Translations under genes and position numbers: made by a program
The notes under the pieces: generated by a model
The model's input: the letters and a program-made list of their open reading frames with translations, nothing else
Database searches by the model: none
Told to the model about the DNA's origin: nothing
Origin: an uncultured Lachnospiraceae bacterium
GTDB lineage: Bacteria; Bacillota; Clostridia; Lachnospirales; Lachnospiraceae
DNA length: 64,000 bases
Direction: 5' to 3'
Assembly (NCBI GenBank): GCA_946549035.1
Contig: CAMNQH010000007.1
Coordinates: forward strand, 7,739 to 71,738
Shown: positions 62,381 through 64,000 of the stretch, piece after piece
Layout: each line of letters begins with the position of its first letter
How positions within the stretch are numbered: the first letter of the stretch is position 1

Positions 62381-63379
62381 CTATTCATCCACCAACGCTG
62401 CCGTAATAATCGCCATGGAATATACTTCTTCCGCATTACATCCACGGGACAAATCGTTGATAGGAGCGTTCATTCCCAAAAGAATGGGGCCGTATGCGTC
62501 AAAATTACCCAGACGCTGAGCAATCTTATACCCGATATTACCGGCATTGATATCCGGGAACACAAAGGTATTGGCATGGCCTGCCACTTCACTGTCCGGA
62601 CATTTGGTCCTGGCTACTCTTGGAGATACCGCCGCGTCAAACTGCATCTCGCCCTCAATCGCCAGATCCGGACGCATCGCCTTTGCCTTTGCCGCAGCAT
62701 TGCGCATTTTTTCCACATCTTCTCCCGCACCGGAACCAAAGGTGGAATAACTCAAAAATGCCACCTTGGGATCAACGCCAAAGATCTTACCGCAGTCAGC
62801 GGCACAAATGGCAATCTCCGCCAGCTCGTCTTCGTTGGGATGAATGTTAATGGCGCAGTCACCCATAGCCAATACTTCATTCTCACCGGTTGCAGAAGGA
62901 CGAACCATGATAAAGCAGGAGCTCACAACGCTGTGTCCCGGCTTTGTCTTGATAATCTGAAGCGCCGGACGCACCGTATCTGCTGTAGAATACGTAGCTC
63001 CTCCCAGCAAAGCGTCCGCTACCCCCATCTTCACCAGCATGGTTCCGAAGTAGTTTCCCTGCAGCAACAGCTTGCGGGCTTCCTCCGGCTGCATGTTCTT
63101 ACTCTTGCGCAGCTCGCAGAGCTTTGCCACCATCTCCTCCATATTCTCATATTTGGCGGGATCCAAAATCTTTGCTCCCCGGATATTATAACCGTTCTCC
63201 TCTGCCGCTTCGTAGATCTCGCTTTCTTTCCCTACCAGAATCGGAGTCAGGAAGTAAGAGGCCAAAAGACGGGAAGCCGCCTCCTGAATACGGGCGTCCG
63301 TCCCTTCTGTAAATACGATGGTCTTAGGATTTTTCTTCAGCTTATCGATCATCATACCAAAGCCTTGCATGTTTGCCAT
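62381..63379 (-). CDS. pta: phosphate acetyltransferase
   Basis: 332 aa. TIVFTEGTDARIQEAA, LLGGATYSTADTVRPALQIIKT and NTFVFPDINAGNIGYKIAQRLG are hallmark phosphotransacetylase (PTA_PTB) motifs. A butyryl-specific variant cannot be excluded by eye. Confidence 0.85.
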   Translation of the reverse strand: MANMQGFGMMIDKLKKNPKTIVFTEGTDARIQEAASRLLASYFLTPILVGKESEIYEAAEENGYNIRGAKILDPAKYENMEEMVAKLCELRKSKNMQPEEARKLLLQGNYFGTMLVKMGVADALLGGATYSTADTVRPALQIIKTKPGHSVVSSCFIMVRPSATGENEVLAMGDCAINIHPNEDELAEIAICAADCGKIFGVDPKVAFLSYSTFGSGAGEDVEKMRNAAAKAKAMRPDLAIEGEMQFDAAVSPRVARTKCPDSEVAGHANTFVFPDINAGNIGYKIAQRLGNFDAYGPILLGMNAPINDLSRGCNAEEVYSMAIITAALVDE

Positions 63380-63549
63380 ATTCTTTCACTCCTTATTAAT
63401 TAAATATTGTAATAGTTTCCGTGTATCCGGACTGTTGCTGAAAATTTACTTCGCTATCTTCTATTTTAGCGTTTTTTTCAAATATTTCAACTAATTTTTT
63501 GTATAAAATGGCAAACAGGGTAATTGATATTTTTTTAACAGAAAAAATG

Positions 63550-64000
63550 TTACACAATCTCCATGGCCGCAGTCCAGGCTTCTCTCACCGCATCGCCGAT
63601 TTGCCTTGCTTTCACGCAATCTCCAATCTCCCACACCGGAACCGAAAGGGCCGCTTTCAGGTCATCCGTCTTGCGGGCCCGGCGTCCCATTGCATTTACA
63701 ACGGAATCCCCTTTGATGGTAATCTCCTGTCCGTTCTGTTGGGCAACCACATAATCTTTGCCAACCTTGACGACCTTGGCATTTACTTCGTATTTGCCGC
63801 CCTTTTCGTCGATAAAATCATGAACTGCCGTCCGGTACAGCCCGGTTACTTCCGGCATTAAGCATTCCTGCATCTCTACGATGGTCGCCTCTGCTCCATG
63901 GTCTATGTAATCAGCCGCAGCCTCGCATCCTACCAGGCCGCCTCCAAGAACGATGACCCTTTGTCCCAGCCCTTTAAAATCGTTTTGATAAACTTCCATT
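63550..64000 (-). CDS. FAD/NAD(P)-binding C-terminal part of an enoate-reductase / 2,4-dienoyl-CoA-reductase-type oxidoreductase (5' end outside window)
   Basis: The ORF is open to the right edge. RVIVLGGGLVGCEAAADY is a dinucleotide-binding motif, and ...VWEIGDCV... is the terminal FAD motif. Confidence 0.6.
   Translation of the reverse strand, partial: MEVYQNDFKGLGQRVIVLGGGLVGCEAAADYIDHGAEATIVEMQECLMPEVTGLYRTAVHDFIDEKGGKYEVNAKVVKVGKDYVVAQQNGQEITIKGDSVVNAMGRRARKTDDLKAALSVPVWEIGDCVKARQIGDAVREAWTAAMEIV

Noticed and set aside
62576-63403. 275-aa plus-strand ORF.
   Set aside because: It is antisense to pta, whose motifs are unambiguous.

Overview
64-kb chromosomal window from a Gram-positive anaerobe of roughly 50% G+C. 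The gene content looks Clostridia/Lachnospiraceae-like, but the taxon is inference. There are about 55 genes, mostly on the minus strand.

- **Left 16 kb:** a type IV pilus/Com-like operon read right to left. It encodes a PAS-GAF-GGDEF diguanylate cyclase, then a 3,256-aa ORF. That ORF starts with a canonical prepilin leader (KKG|FTLTE) and carries about 35-40 GLUG-type repeats plus C-terminal beta-sandwich-like modules. Next come three small prepilins, one anchor-only protein, an A24 prepilin peptidase and a GspF/PilC platform protein. No pilus ATPase is visible in the window.
- **16-29 kb:** an AT-rich islet (P-loop kinase plus a decayed Uma2 nuclease gene), then parE-parC. A MerR/MATE divergent pair follows, and its leader holds a hairpin MITE-like element of about 218 bp. 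A second, 89-bp copy with perfect 11-bp flanking direct repeats lies at 43.6 kb. A LytTR regulator with a heterodimeric ABC exporter closes this stretch.
- **29.5-31.6 kb:** an AT-rich two-gene island, a P-loop AAA-type ATPase translationally coupled to a PD-(D/E)xK-like protein. This is my top candidate for an undescribed defence-type system.
- **31.6-43.6 kb:** a glycoside-utilisation locus. It contains an AraC regulator, a TIM-barrel plus small-subunit pair resembling C-glycoside deglycosidase, a sugar ABC importer, LacI, an AraC/GH39-like hybrid regulator and a Gfo/Idh/MocA oxidoreductase.
- **43.6-64 kb:**
  - a Fur-family/CZB-chemoreceptor/rubredoxin cluster with a 7-1-7 operator
  - a second ABC exporter pair
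  - acpS
  - an orphan AgrC-like kinase flanked by acidic coiled-coil proteins
  - an OmpR/HK/ABC-2 module
  - a LytTR-headed lipoprotein-MBOAT-DHHW operon
  - pta
  - the 3' part of a flavoprotein oxidoreductase gene

No rRNA, tRNA or CRISPR array was seen. All family assignments come from reading motifs by eye; no searches were run.
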